NCBI GenBank assembly: GCA_037834085.1
Contig: JBBMKC010207263.1
Span: 1 to 45,634, forward strand
Direction of reading: 5' to 3'
From: Bipalium vagum
Taxonomy: Eukaryota
DNA length: 45,634 bases
Part shown: positions 12,176 to 27,300 of the stretch, in pieces
Layout of the letters: each line of letters begins with the position of its first letter
Numbering within the stretch: position 1 is the stretch's first letter
Notes under the pieces: model-generated
Database searches by the model: none
Told to the model about the DNA's origin: nothing
Seen by the model: the letters and a program-made list of their open reading frames with translations, nothing else
Position numbers and translations under genes: made by a program

Positions 12176-13850
12176 TCATAGAGATTGGAGCTGTGATGGA
12201 GGTACATTAAGAGAAACGTTAGGAGAGGCCACATAGGTGAGGAAAATATGGAATGATTCGCGGACGGCAGTAGTAAGAAGACGATGAGTGAGAGCCACAC
12301 TTTGGTCTTTGTTAAGGCAGATCTTTTTCATCGGGCCGTCATTCGCTGGGTCCCAGAACCCTAGAGAGCTCACATTAAATACATCAAGGAGTAAGGTTGA
12401 GCGGCTGCTGGTGGCCAGCTGGTCGACCAAGGACGTGTTTTTATGTCGATTGACCTCCATCTGGGTCGAGAAGTTTTTGACACAATCATAAGGCACTTTG
12501 ACGTCAAGAATAAGGATGACCTTTTTTGTTTTATGACGAATGATCAGATCCGGGCGCAAGATGGTCCGAAGTGAAGGAGGAGAGCCAGATCATCGGCGAA
12601 AGATGGTGTTTATGCAGGATGAAGTTAGAGAATGGGCTAAGGCCAAATCAAGGGACCAGTAGACCCTGTGACTTAGGTATCAATTTGGATCAATTTGTAT
12701 CAATTGGATTGAGTTTAATTTCTTTACAAAATGATGTGGTAAACCCAAAATCCTTTTTTAATTTTTCGTTGAAAATAATAGTAAAAGGTCAGATATTATT
12801 CCAAATTAAATATTTTAAGTCCTCAGTTTCTTATTATTTAATTCATTATAGAAAGATTAAATCAAGAGATTGATTGGTATTTTACATTTTAATTTTTGCT
12901 CCAATTATTTATTTTAATAATACATATAAATATTGTCATTTGTGAAGATTGTTTTAAAAATGCATTAAATGCAAAAATGGCAGTTAGGTGTCACACGGTA
13001 TCGTTTGCAGCAACTAATTCATTACAGTAGAAAAACACAATAATTCTTTGATTGTTGATAGTATTAGAAATTCTGGAGGACTACCACCTCATGGAGCGTC
13101 TATGTAGCTTTATGGATGTTCGCTCCGTCAAAGATGTAGTTGAGAGTTTCATTGCGGTTGTCACAATAACTGTGAGAGCCACGGAATGGTTGTAAAGCAT
13201 GAAGGATCAGTCAATATGTTGAAGTTTAAGGGCCTTATAAGCTTTGCGGATTTTAGTCCATCATGTAGCTTGGCCAAAGAGGGAGAAGCTCTTGAGATTT
13301 GAGAGCCAAGCCAGAGCAAGAGTGAGATCCGTGTGCGCCGTAACCGATTGCCTCATTTGCACGACATGGAGAAGATGGTTAGTAATGAATGTGCGGAAGG
13401 ACTGATCAGAGCTAGTGAGGAATCGCAGCCCTTGCACGATATTACAGATGTAGTAATCGTCGAAGGTGCGAGTAATGCCAAAGCCTACAAGACCAACGTG
13501 GGAGTAGAGGAAGGCCTTATTGGAGCCATTGAGGCGGTCAGTGTCGGTGATGGTTCGAAAGATTTCACTAAGACGTTCATCGTATCCTTTACGCTGGTCC
13601 CGATATAAGGACAGCCGTGACTGCTTTGAGGCCAGAGTAAGGTGATCGACTACCCGGTTAGCGAAGTGGAACGGAATGCGGGAGTGGATGAACATCTTAT
13701 ATAGATGGAACATTTACGCTGGGTGAAGATCGTAGGTAAAGATATGTCGGAAGTCCGTCATATTTTTCTCAAGAATCTCATCTGTAGCCGTTCGGAGATC
13801 AGCTCGGTGAGTGACTCCAAGATACGAGTAAATATTTGCCGGTTCTTTAT
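12176..13850 (-). mobile_element. Decayed RLE-type non-LTR retrotransposon (NeSL/Utopia/R2-like): RT C-terminus/thumb, zinc-knuckle remnant and restriction-like endonuclease
   Basis: YSYLGV (~13815-13835), CDNRNETLNYIF (degenerate CCHC/ETL.HIL), and RPDLIIRHKTKKVILILDVKVPYD...SSLGFWDPAND (PD-D/ExK RLE with GxWDPxND). GC content is much higher than the flanks. Split by an AT-rich insert at ~12680-13075. Confidence 0.85.
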
Positions 13851-14474
13851 AATTAAATATTTATTCAATTTTATTTAAAATGACCTTCAATAAATGGGCT
13901 TACTTATGGCTTACTCTGTATTATATTAAAATATAGATTTTTCTGATTTCTCAAAAATATACAATAAAATATTCCGAACACGTTTCGAATCCTCCGACCA
14001 TTTTCTTTTCATATTCTTTTATAAATGAAAAAAAGAATTTTATTTTATCAATAATTGTAAAGTCTCGCAACTTACAAAAATAATTCCTTCCACATCAATA
14101 AAACAATTCTTAATCTTTCAGATGAAATTTTGCAAAAAAATCTTTCCCCTATCGATTATTTACAGAAAAATAACGACAAAATGTACCGTGAAAATTTTAA
14201 ATGAATAAAAAATAAAAGAAAAAAAATTATCCAGAAGTTTTTTTTAAAGAATTTTATTTTGCTTCGATTGGTTTGAAAGAGTTTTTGATGGAAGAATTAT
14301 TATTTGAACAACTATTCTTTCCAGTTTTATGACCAGTTAATAGAGAGTTAAAATGAATTCAACGTTGACCGATTCAGTGAAGCAGAAAAATAAAAATATC
14401 TATTTTCTATTTACATATAAGAATAAAAAAGATAAATAATTAATAATCATGTAACAACGCTGGAGATAGGTCTC

Positions 14475-15343
14475 TCAGATCATATCGGAACTGTTAAATT
14501 TGCCAGTCAAATTCATTCTAATTTCCAAAGGATCAACTATGTTTATGGGGATTATCCCAAAGACCGGAGCAATGATCAGAATGATGAAAGTCGAGGCAGA
14601 TGTGGAAAACAGGTAAATCCAGAACAGCATTTTATCAACGATCTCGGCCACCTCGCGCCATTCTTGAATTAAATTATACTTGGATTCATCGATTTCATGT
14701 TTGATTAGCATTTTATTGAGAGCATTGAGGATTTCTTTATTGACTTCCTGCTGGTCGTAATCCTTAAGGAGATAAGCATCGGTGGAAATGGCTTTGTCGG
14801 CAGTATGGGAACCTGAATTGATTTGATATTTACATGAAAAACACGGTACGGATGATGAGGAAACGCTGATGGAATTGGAACGTATTATATTTTCCATACA
14901 ACGATTATCAGTTTCCGAAAGTATCATCGGCTCAAATTCATGATTAGCCGTAATGGATCCACTCAAGATTTCCGTGTCCATTGTTTGGAAAGAGTTCATT
15001 TTGATACGGGTCATATCGACCGGGGTTTCGAATTTGTTCAAGAATTCGTCCACATGGTTTTGAGTTGTTTCTATTGAATTTCGTTTTGTGAAAGGAATTG
15101 ATTTTATTTTATTATTAATCGATGAAAGAAGACATTCCAAATTTTTCACACTCTTATACGGAAGCTTGCGACGTTTTGTAAAATAATTTTGGTGGGAAAA
15201 ATATTTACGTTTACACTTCATTAATCTCTTCATCCAATTTGGAACGTGGCTTTTATTTGGACCCCGGTGATGCAGATTCAGAACAAAAACCGTCATCATT
15301 ACAGAAACGGATGTCATAGACATAACTGTGGTTAAGTAAATAC
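14475..15343 (-). CDS. nAChR alpha terminal exon: M3, long intracellular loop, M4, C-terminal tail
   Basis: Acceptor tttctag|gt att tac. Open frame to TGA at 14477-14475. Confidence 0.92.
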
Positions 15344-18300
15344 CTAGAAAAAGGATTTATTATTATTATTAATTAATTAATTAATTAATTAACCGTTATT
15401 ATTTCATTAAATTAATTAATTAACCGTTATTATTTCATTAAATTAATTTTCATTATTTATAATAATTACTTTTTTAATATTAAAAGGATAGTTATATATT
15501 ACTGGTTGTTTTCAAAGAAATTCAAACTTTTAATGTTGAAACGTAATATATAATGTACCATCTCGTATGCCATACAGCATTGAATTAGGCACTGAAGCCA
15601 CTGCATGGCAGTAGCTCAATATAAAATTTAGCATTAATTATATACAGTTTCAGTCTGAAATATTGGTTGAATCAAAACCAGGGAAAAAATAAATAAGAAA
15701 TAAAATTTATATTATTAATAACAAATAAAATACTGTACATGGAGTACAGTAGTTTCCTATATATTATATTCTCGAAATGATTTCCTTTACTAGATAACAT
15801 TAACTCTATTCATCGTGCGATGGACAATATTGCAGTTTGCAGCTATTCGTAGTAAAAAGAAAATATTCTTCATTTATTCATCTTTAGTTTCCTCAAACCT
15901 CTTCATAAATTTGGATAATGCAGAACATGTGCACGGGTCTTTAATTAAATTTATTTGGCGCTTGATTTCCATAATTGCAGCTTTAGAGGAACTTCTATTG
16001 CCATAATAACATCGAATTGAATCGATTTTCAAATATAGATTCCTACGTATAAAATAAATATTAAAATATATTAAATATTAAAATAGTTTTCATCAGTTAT
16101 TCATTAAAACAAAATCTAAATTATCTAGTTTCTAAAAATACACAGATTTAAATAAAATATATTTTCACAGAAAATTAACAAACAAGTTTATTTCCTCGTG
16201 TTTTACACAACCTGTGTATAAAATGTATTTTTCAGTTCAAGTTATTAGTAAAATATGTCTTTGCAAATTAAACTATATTTTTATTTGTTATTACTTTAAA
16301 CTTTAATTCAGATCTTTAATGGTAGATCTTATCTTAATTAGTTCAAGATGGGTAGTAAATTTTGGTTAATTTTTAATGTTTGATTAAATGATCATAAAAG
16401 GAAGCAAGGTTGGTAAAATTTCAAAAGGATCATTTTTCAAATCGCGGATCATAGTAAAAGAAAAAATTGCAGGGATATCACACTCTGAAATTATTGAACT
16501 CGTAAAATGAACTTGAAACTATGAATGTAAGAGTGGAAATCGGAAAAAATGAAACTATAAGTTACACGAAGCTGGATAGTATTGATATTTTCAAATAAGA
16601 AGCGCCACTTACACCGGTTGTTAATCAAGAAAAGGAATTGGACTGGACCAAAAGTCATAGTAAGATTGCGAAGAAGGACATTTATATGAACAGAAACATT
16701 TTTCAGCCTAAGCTCAATAATTGCATTAGGAGACATTCCAAGTTAAGGTATTATTTGCAGGTAAGTTCCAAGGAAAAGTTTAAAAAGACCATTTTAAAAG
16801 AAGAAACATGATATGTGATATTTCGCGAAAACTATTGTTGAACGTTTTTTCAAATTAAAACAATAATATATCAAGAACGATGTCAATTAGAAAAAAGGTT
16901 TTGTGTCAAACAAAAGCTGATAATGATTCTGAAGACAGCCAATTTTCTACACATGATGAATATTACAATTTTCCACCAGTCTTCTAAGTAGTCTAGATCT
17001 AAAATCAAGAGAAAGGTCTTGGTATTCTTAATGACCAATTTCAACTGTAAAGAAATTCATCAGAAAATGATAATCAATATGGTAGAAATAATGTCTCTCA
17101 GGTGGAGGGTTGTAAATGAGCATGTAAAGTTATCAATAAATATTAAATTTCTTTTGGTGAATTTATATATAACGTTCTGGTGATTCTTAAAAATATTTAT
17201 AATATTTTTAAGAAAGTCAATTTTTCCGTTTATTTTGTCTCCATAAATTATTGATAATAACGAAGCCAATTTTTCAACGAGTTGGTATTTTGTCATGTAC
17301 TCTATTATACATTTATGGGAATTTTATTATTATTAAATTATTCATATTAATATTAATCTATTCCTTTGGTAATATTAAATTGAGGGCATGATGGTGAGAT
17401 TCTTGACTATAGACAAATATCACCAAACACAAACCAGCATGACTTTCAGCAGCCCCAACAATGAAAACAATTCAGCAGATCAACCTTTCAAATAATTGTC
17501 TGTTGAATGATTATTTTGCATAGGTAATTGTTTTCACTCATAATTATCTGAAAAATATAAAGACCAGAATAATAATTTTTATCCCTTTTACACAATACTG
17601 AAGAAATAAACAAGAGATGTTTTGTATTATAAAATTCCTTTGAGGATCCATCATTATCAATTAATTACGAGTTTTTCGTGGAACAAATTATCGGGCAGCA
17701 AAGAGTGTGATATCCATTCTCAAAATGAGAGCACAAGTTTTAACTTTAATTATCTTTGGAAAATATTTACATTTTACTTAAAATATAAAAAAATTATTAA
17801 TATTAAATATAATATAAATAAAATATTAATATTACAATTAATATTATATCTATGTATATTAAGATAATTTGAAAAATTATAGAAAATAAAACTACCTAAA
17901 ACAAAGTACAACTTATGGATAATTTGGATCTTGTATGAGTAAAGTTGAAGATCTTTTCGTAATTTTTAAACTGTTTTCAACTCCTTTACCAGCAGTTTTA
18001 GCGATGGCTTCTATGTTTCTTCATAATTCTATCTTTTTCACATATTTTTTCATCTTCAATTAATAGTCTTCCAGACTTCTAAAGATCACAAATATTGCTC
18101 AGTCTCTTTAAATTTTGCAAAGATCTTATTCATTGTCTTCGATGTGGGTATCTTTTTTCATTTCAAGTGTTCCATTTTATATTCTAATAAATGCCGTTTG
18201 ACTTATGTGGCTGATTATGTCATAACTATAAGTAAAACAATCTGTATCTATCGTCAATGAGAATATTATAATTTCAATTTACTGCAATGAAATTCGATAA

Positions 18301-21300
18301 TACTAACTTATTAAAACAATTAAAAACTTACATGATATTTGGGAAATTCTAATTCTTAGAAAAATGTAAATTAAATTTGTTATGCGTGAATATGTGAATA
18401 AGTATAATGAAACTAAATTAAAATAATTCTTCTACAATATATTTATTAAATTATATATTCTTAAAATGAATATCAAAAATAGTCAGGGGCAAATCAATTT
18501 CCACGTTAAAAAATCCAAGTATAAGCTTTCAGTTATCTCATGAGTATCTGGACATCCTGGATTCTGATCGTATTTGTCGGACTACGTCGGAACCCCTTAA
18601 GGTTTGCTGTTGTTTTGAAATTCGTTACTCTTATTTTATATTTAGTATTGTCCCAATAGCTCTAGATTGTATTTTATTATGGAAAATTTGATGGTTTGAG
18701 TTTTTTTATAATTCTTGAGCTTCTCAACCATAATTACATGTTTCTAAATTATATTGACACAATATTAGCGCAATATGGAACTCAATAAATAGAAGCAATG
18801 ATATATTTAGTTACTTTCTCAGTATTGGCTGTCCCTTTAACTACAAAGTCTACGTTTTCCACCTATATGGATTGCCATATCAATTCTTATCGTATACTGT
18901 GATGTTTTCCTATTCCTGTATTTTGAGGATATATCTTTTTGCAACGCAACATAGAAATCCTGTTCTGGAATTTAATTGAAGTCATCAACATAGTACGTTC
19001 CATCATCCATAATGCAGCAAACAAAATTTTATAAAAAATTGCATAACATTTTGTAGATCGATTTTTGGCTGGCTATAACTTCTTTATCTTCATCTTTTAG
19101 AACTTTGAATGACTTTAAACCAGCTCGATTATTTTATTTTCTATTTGTTTATTTTCATGAATAGTAAATGCTGAAGTTCCAACTTTATTTGAGAATTTCA
19201 GCACTAATAGGTTTAGGCTTGCTGATACATTTCCAAAATATTGATCGATGTACCTTTATTTGTTTGGCTATATTACACTCTGAAATATTTGTGTCTTCTA
19301 ATTATTTTTTAACTATCAATTTCTGAAACAAAATTTCATTGTTTTCCATATTGATTATCATTGAAAAAGGAAAATATAAAATATATCTATACGCCAAATC
19401 TGCAAGCCATATACTAACAAAATTGCGCACATTAAAAAAATTATAGAATGTATAAACATGACAGATGTTTTTCTTTATATATTTTGATGAGCTCCAAAAT
19501 CGAATATTTACTTTTACATACTGTATTTATTCAAAATATTGGCTTTTAAAAGTGTATTTTTGTTCACAAAATTACTCTTTCGTCACTTGAAAACCCTTGT
19601 TTTCGAGTGTATTTAGAAAAAGTAGGAATGATTTTTTTTCTTTAGCCTTAATAAAATTATTTTCTGAATTATATAGAAAAGAAATTTTCAGCCCAAAAGA
19701 GTCTTTGATATTGGTAATATATCATTAATTATTTCCTTTAGACATATGAACCTTTTTAGTTTTATCGTCGAGAGCATCCGAATAATTATTTATAAAATAT
19801 TACAATTCTAGATGTTTTATCGACAAAAACATTTGTGTAAATATTTTTATTTATTTATTTTTTAAACAGAATAATGAAACTTAAACATTCAAAATAAATA
19901 GAAAAAATTGAAATTTTTATCGAATATTTATATAAAAAAATTATAATAAATTTATTTAAAATTTTTATATTTTTTTTTATTTTAGTGATAAATTATTTTA
20001 TAAAACTTTTATTTTTTTTAATTAAATATTAAATATACATATTATGATTAATAAAATTGTGAGTATCTTTTATTTTTAAAATATAAATATATTTATTTAT
20101 TAATAAAAATTATTTTTACATTTGCTAATTATATATAACCATAATACTTAATTATTTAACGATTAATAAAATATTTTGCTTGATCCTCATTCTATACCAT
20201 TATTTACCCGAACTTAATACCTCACAAATATCAAAAGCAAATTAAATTCCAAAAAACATTTTTTAAAAGATATTTGTAATTTAAATTAAAATAAAATAGA
20301 TTTTTAATTTGACAAAATCAATATTCAGTCGTGGCCATAATTCATCGACCACCTTCAATTTTATGAAATGGTTCTAAAAATGCATTTCGTTACCAAATAT
20401 TATTATTATGAAAACATGTTTAAGCAGTAAGTTTTTGCATAATTTGCGGTATACATATGATATCATATGATATATTTAGTGTGTTTACCCTTTGGCTCAA
20501 GTATTGCAGCCAACCTTTTTGACATAGAATCAATCAATTTTGAGCAATAGTTCATGGTAATTTCGTTAACCCAAACAAGTTTAATTATTTCAATTAAATT
20601 TTGGTATGAGGTAGAATTATGCAGTAAAACTTTTTGTTTTAGAACTTTCCAGCAGTTCTCAATGGGCTATAGATATGGACCCAGAAAATTAATGTTATTA
20701 TTAATAAGCCAAGGCCAGTTGATGCGTGGCTGATTGCATGGCGCTCCATCATTTTGGAAATAATCATAATTTTTAATTGCAAGAAACGATTTAACTTTTT
20801 CTTCTACAATCTTTTTATAGAAAGTTGCATTTTAGTTCGAGGAAGAAACCAGAGTCCACAGGAATAGGCGTAAATAAATGAAAAGGTGTCTGATGACTTA
20901 TGGTTCCTACTGTATCTTAAGATTTTTATATTGAAATAATGAGACTAGACGATTACTGTGTGAAACTAATTGAGTGTTTGTTATCTATCATTTATTTATA
21001 ATTAGAAATTGCTGGAATAACATATGGAACTTTCATTTTAAATAAATTGTAATAATAAAAATTATTTAATTTCTATGTCCCGAAATAAATACGTATTTTT
21101 CATTTGACAGTTATGAATCCCATTATATATCAGATCACAAAAGAGAATTTCAAGTATTGATCAACTTAGACAAGTCTAAGGACCCATTGACATCGAAATC
21201 TCCGTGAAAGTATCATTCTGCCAGACACATAAAATATTTTCGGTCTTAAAATTCATTTAATAACGACAATACAATTTCGTTATCTCATTTCGTGTAGTTT

Positions 21301-24300
21301 TTTATAATTTTGTATCCGATTTTGAACGGTTTTCTCTGTTTTTCATTATACATAATAATTAGAATTGGGAGGTCTCTTTGGCAATGATATTTTAATTTTC
21401 ATTTTCGCAGACTTCTTCTTTTTTATTATTTAAAGAGGTTGGTTTAAAAAGTTCGAGAAATGAAAAGGAAAAAAAAATTTATTTTAACCAAAATCACATT
21501 ATTTTTCTACATAGTGCACTTCAGCCAACAATCTTCTAAGGCCAGTAGGCGCTCTCCAAAGTGGTTTTCATTAAGGCTTCCAAATAATGATTTATCGCTT
21601 CATGAACATCCTCTGTTGTGGAAAAGCGCTTGTCACCAAGAAAAAGTTACAATTTTGGGAACAGATGAAAGTCAGAGTTTCTTCTTTAATTCTTTAAATT
21701 TTGCCATATTTTTGTCACGTGTATTACCTTCATGAAACATGATTTTCTTTTTCTGCAAAGCGGGTCTTCTTTCATTAATGATGGTATCCAATTTATCAAA
21801 AAGTTTTAATTATTACTCTCTACTGATTGTTTCTTTGGAGATAATCTATAATTAGAATTCATCTGGCATCTCAAAATATTGATGCATAACATTACTAGCA
21901 GACTTAACGGTTATTGGTTTCTTTAAGGTGGAAAAATCAGATGTTTCCATCGCTTATTTTTGACACTCTTCATCGAACTGAACCGCCTCCCAGAAAGCTC
22001 CAATTTTATCGAGCGGAACAAATGGAAATCTGAAGGAGCAATATCTAGTGAATATGGTGGATGATATAAGATGATATTGCACCTTCTAAGTAATTATTTA
22101 CAATAGAATGTGGTCTGGCGTTATCGTATAGTAAAATTATCTTATCATGCCTGACCGTCCATTCTGGCGTTTTCTCTTTAAGAGCTCGCTTCAAACGAAT
22201 TAATTGAGATAAATAAAAATTCAGGTTCCAGGTTAACCGAATATTATTTTCAGAAGTTATTATTTATTTTCCTAAAGAAAACATTACTTAACCAATGCTT
22301 TCTCAAGAAAATCTAAGGGTTTAGATATCAGAAATTGATCATTTTTGAATAATTGGATCAGAAAACCCATGTTATTGTACAGATGTAGTTAATTTTCCTC
22401 AAATTAGGCAAAACTGAAATTTTATGAGTTAAAATAAATTTATTTATGAGAATTTTATGACCTAAACGGATTTCAGGTCATAACTTAAAAAACATCATCG
22501 AGGGCCAAATAATTTTCAAACTGATTCTGGTAAAAAAATTATATGGAAAAATCAATTAATAAAAAGTTAAATATTTTTAAGAAAAATGCAAAATACAATT
22601 TTTTAAAAAATTGATAAACCTCATCCTTTGGTTTCAACGCATTTTCAACCAGAAACAGATTTTGGATCATGTTTTTTTGACCGATGTAATTATGTTTTTA
22701 AGAGAAAACAGTCTGTTATTACTACCAGGTAATTTATAATAATATTATTAATAATAAAAATAATAATGATTTTAAGAAAAATTGCATAAATTAGAATGGA
22801 TATTTCTCTACTAGAAGAAATTTAAAATACATCAGAATAAATGTGTACTTTTATTACATTTATGGGCCCTGGGCGGTTCACAAAAGTCAGCTATTGAAGA
22901 CAAGGGCGTTTCAAGATCTGTCGTTATTAATTTCTATGCAGAAATGAGGAAAATATGTAAGATTTTTTTCTCGAAAAATCCAATAAAAATGGGTGGGCCC
23001 ATGTTCGTGCTTTTACGGAGACTGGTGCTCACACGCAAAGATTTGAGTCGATTAGCGGGAAGTGAAAATTAAGATCGTGTAAATGAAGGCCGTTTATGGT
23101 GATCTATTGGAATTATATTTATATGAATGAATGTGGCTCTAAAATATTCAATCAAGAAACTGAGATTCATTTTTTAAAAATAAATTTGTAAATAGAAAAT
23201 TATTTGTTTTTGTCATTTTTTGTGATTCGTTTCAAATCTCTTTTTTGACCGAGTCGGTCAAAAACATGGTCGAAGATCTTTTTAAAAATATTTTATATTT
23301 TCACAATTATACACCAATAAAAAACCATTAATAAAACAATTTATCATTCAATTTCTTAAATTTTATTTATACATAAATATCAAATTAATAAAATTCCGAT
23401 CGAAGAAGTAAACAAAATTGAGTCAAATTTTTTTGGAAAATCAATTTAAATAATTTAATTATCTTTTTGTTTATCCAAATCAAAATTGCAAATAAAATAT
23501 TTTTGAAAAAATGTTTTCATCGAACAATCTCTCTCTCTCTCTCTCTCTCTGATTTCCCCAACCAGTTAAATATCACTGAGATAAATAATTGAATAAATAT
23601 AATTATAAATAAATTATCATTTGAAATAATACAATTTCGAGTTGAAATTGGTTATCTGAACTTTCAGATAAAAACAAAGGCATTTTACGGATGAAATACA
23701 TCAAAATTTACTTATCAGTGGCACAGATTCCGAAGTTTCCGGGAGCTTTTCTGCAATGCTGAGCATTAAGACTGAAAATGCTAACAATACTGTTATTCCC
23801 AAAGCAATCTTTTCTCCCGAATCTGGAGGCAAGCAGAATACGAACAGAGTGAGAGTTGACATCATGATACAAGGATAAATGACGTGGTAGATGAAATACA
23901 AGATCCGCCTAATTATGAAATGATGATAACCTCGAATGTATATAAGATTTTCTATCGATTCATCCAATTGTGTAATATTGGGATAATATAATAACTGATT
24001 AATTTAAACTCTTAAAAATACATTTAGAATTAAATTTAAAATCAATTTTGACATGACTCGACCTACGGAACTTATAAAAATTAACCGACTCAGTATTGAC
24101 AAAGATGGGAATGGTCTAGGTGCATATTTGACAATGACAAGTTATTTATTTTATTAAGGTTTTCCATTCAGTGGTTTTTGAGTCTCTGACAAACATTTTC
24201 CTTATTATACAGAGTGTCTCAAAAATGAATGACATTTTGAATTGACTGTTATTTTTTTCCAATAATACCAAAGTACTTACTTTTGTTTAAATATTATGAA

Positions 24301-27300
24301 TAAACAGACATTTAAGAATGAACAAATTATCAATAAACCAGCGAACAGAAATATAAAAACAGTTTCACTGTAGTATATATAAATAAATATGTTTTATAAA
24401 AGATATAAAATGTCAGTCGATTTGGGACACCGTGTTTTCTGGAAAAAAATCGAACAGTTGATACTTCATATTTTTCTTTTGATTGCATAATACAGACGTT
24501 TTCGGATGTTGATCGTTTGAATCTGATTAAAGAATTTGAATGACATTTAGAGATCCAGAGAGAAGATTTGAAACCGATATTCATGTATGGAAACATTAGG
24601 AAAACGTTCTAAGAATTTAAACAAATAATAAGCGTAAGAGAAATATCAAATTAAAGATAGAAGATCAAGAAATTTGGACATGGTGGAGTCTAATGTAGCC
24701 TTACTTTTCCGATGCTTACTTTCAGTCAGTTTCAGACCTAATGTTCTCATTGGCCAAAGATACAGCATTTTTCCGGGATGGAATTAATCATAGGGTAAGA
24801 TGACTTAAAATTCAAAAAGTAGTTTACTTTCTTTAAGAGCAAACATCGCTCTTATCTGGTACATATAGATTTGGTAATTTATTTTTAAAATTAAAAAACT
24901 AAAAATTTTATGAATAAATTTTTGATTAAAAATGTCTTAAAAGAATTGATCGTGGAAATAATCGCACAGTAATTTAAATAAATATTACCTTTCCAAATAA
25001 AGAACAAACGTTACATCATAGTAAGGCTCAGGGCAGCAGGTGTAGACAATATTATTTCTTAGAGCCTAGAAAAATAATTGTTTTAAATAACGTTTCACGA
25101 TTGACAGCTAAGCCCAGTTGTATTGTTTAGATTGCACTGTAACAATACTTGAAAATAAAATGAATAAAAAACAAAAAATTTGTGTGTATTTTATGAAAAT
25201 TATTTAATTCGTTTATTTCACTTACCCTTCACACGACCAAGATTTTTAAAAAATAATTAAATGAATTTTATTTTTATGGAAAATCAATACTTTTTTTATT
25301 TTGAAGGTTTTCAAAACATTGGGTAATATTGGTCATGTAATTTTATTTTTAGATGTCTGAAAGACTTAATTATCAGCATGTATAATATAATTATTGTGTA
25401 ATTATTAATTAATTAATAATTATTATTATTTTTGTTGTACTTATAAAGGTAGAGTAAACTTAATATTATAATGGTTTAAATATTTACGAAAACCGTTTTA
25501 CAATTGTATGTCAGTTCCATTATTTGCGCGGATAACCAATTGCCATTTTTAATTGATCTACGAATAGTTTACATTTATTATAGATAAACAAAATAAAATT
25601 CTACTTCACCCAAAATTGTTTATTGATCTTAAGGACCTGATAATATTATTTCGGTATGATTTCATTTTAAATCCAATAATAAAATTGCTCTGTCAGAGCC
25701 TTCCTTTTTATTTTTATCAATTATAAATTTATATATTAGGATGGTGCATTAATTCTGAACTAGAATTAAAATAAGCAACTTCGGTCAGTTATTTCTAATT
25801 AAGAATAAATAACAATTTTTTAAATAACCGAATATCTAATGTAAGTTTATATAAGTATATAATGTTATTTGTTTAAATAAATATCTTTAGAAGGCACAAT
25901 AAATGAATAGGTCAATATTATATTTTAGATATGTAATAATGTCTTTATTAGATATGCGGAACTCAGTATAAAGCGAATAAAATGGTTGAGACTAAATATG
26001 CTGATGAGACTTCATCGTTGTCAAACTGCAAATTTTAGTTTACCAGGTTTAAATCATGCAACTTCAATTTGAATCATAAAGAGAGAAGAAAAAACGTTTG
26101 AAGATAATGAATTTAAAGATTTGTTGAATGAAAACCGCGCTCAAAACAAATACACTTAGCTATAACACTAAAATCTACATAGACCAACTATTCCCATACG
26201 GTTACATGGAGTAGGAAAACTTCAAGAGAACAAAAAATGGGTCTCTCATAATTTGAGTAAAAATTTTATCCGTAATCGTTAACACATAAATACATCTTTA
26301 CTTGCCAGACAAAGAAAAGAATATTTTTTGGCTAATTGTTACCAGCGATGAAAAGTGTTATTAATTTCCATGACACTAAGCAAAAGAAATCACGAGTTAA
26401 CTCTGGACAGGCATCAAAGTCAAATGCTATTATTATTATTATTTTATAAAGTTTTTCATTACTTTTTAGAAAAACAAAATCAAATTAAATTAAGTAAATA
26501 TATGCTTCTTTCACATAATAATAATAATAATAATAATAATTTTTTTAATCCATTTTAAAAATTTACAACATTAATTAAAATTAAGAAAAAGGAAAAATAA
26601 ATCATTTTAATTGTATTTTACGTAGGATTCAAGCAAAATTTCAGAATGACTTTAATTGCACTAAAATTATGGTTTTCGAAGGTTTAGAAATTAATTGATA
26701 TTAAGCTAAGTAATTTTCTGGCGGAAATAGTCACAGGTTTTAATAATTAATTTTCCAACGATTCTAAAGAACAAGAATCTCAAAGCAAACGTGAGTTTCT
26801 ATCATAGGAAAAGGGATTTAGGAAAATTATTTTTAAATTATCTTAATCATATTTTCCATATTCAATTATTCAATTTCTAATTTAACTACGTTCACTAATA
26901 TTAAAAAAAATAATTATATAAAGAATAATTAAACATATTGAAGAAATAATTTTAATTTTCCATCTTATTTTTGTTTCAACAGAATTAAATTATTAAGCCA
27001 ATTAATATTAATAAACGATTCACAAATTCTTAATAGACAATTAATGTGAAATAGGAAAATCTCAAAACCCACAATTATTTCTTCTCATTACTTTGATAAG
27101 GTCTTATTAACTTAAAACATATAAAAATTAAATAATTATATTTCTTATAATTTCACCGGCCTATAATTAGTAATATATTATTATGCCCAAATAATATATA
27201 TTTCAAAAAGACGCTTTTAAAAACCGTGTTTCTGAAAATACAAAACTTTATTTATAATATTAGATTGTATCAAAAGTTTCTATGAATTCAAAATTTACAC

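Noticed and set aside
12680-13075. AT-rich insert in the retroelement as a possible intron (domesticated gene)
   Set aside because: No convincing GT donor, and the flanking coding remnants carry stops and frameshifts.
12288-13608. Plus-strand ORFs 12288-12491, 12571-12873 and 13333-13608
   Set aside because: Antisense shadows of the GC-richer RLE retroelement.
15371-15447. Repeated ttaattaattaaccgttatt units and other short repeats as a CRISPR-like array
   Set aside because: Only two low-complexity tandem units, no spacers, and a eukaryotic context.
23909-23967. ORF-track N-terminal extension MDESIENLIYIRGYHHFII of the M1-M2 exon
   Set aside because: Intronic read-through. The AG at 23910-23909 joins correctly to the loop C exon.
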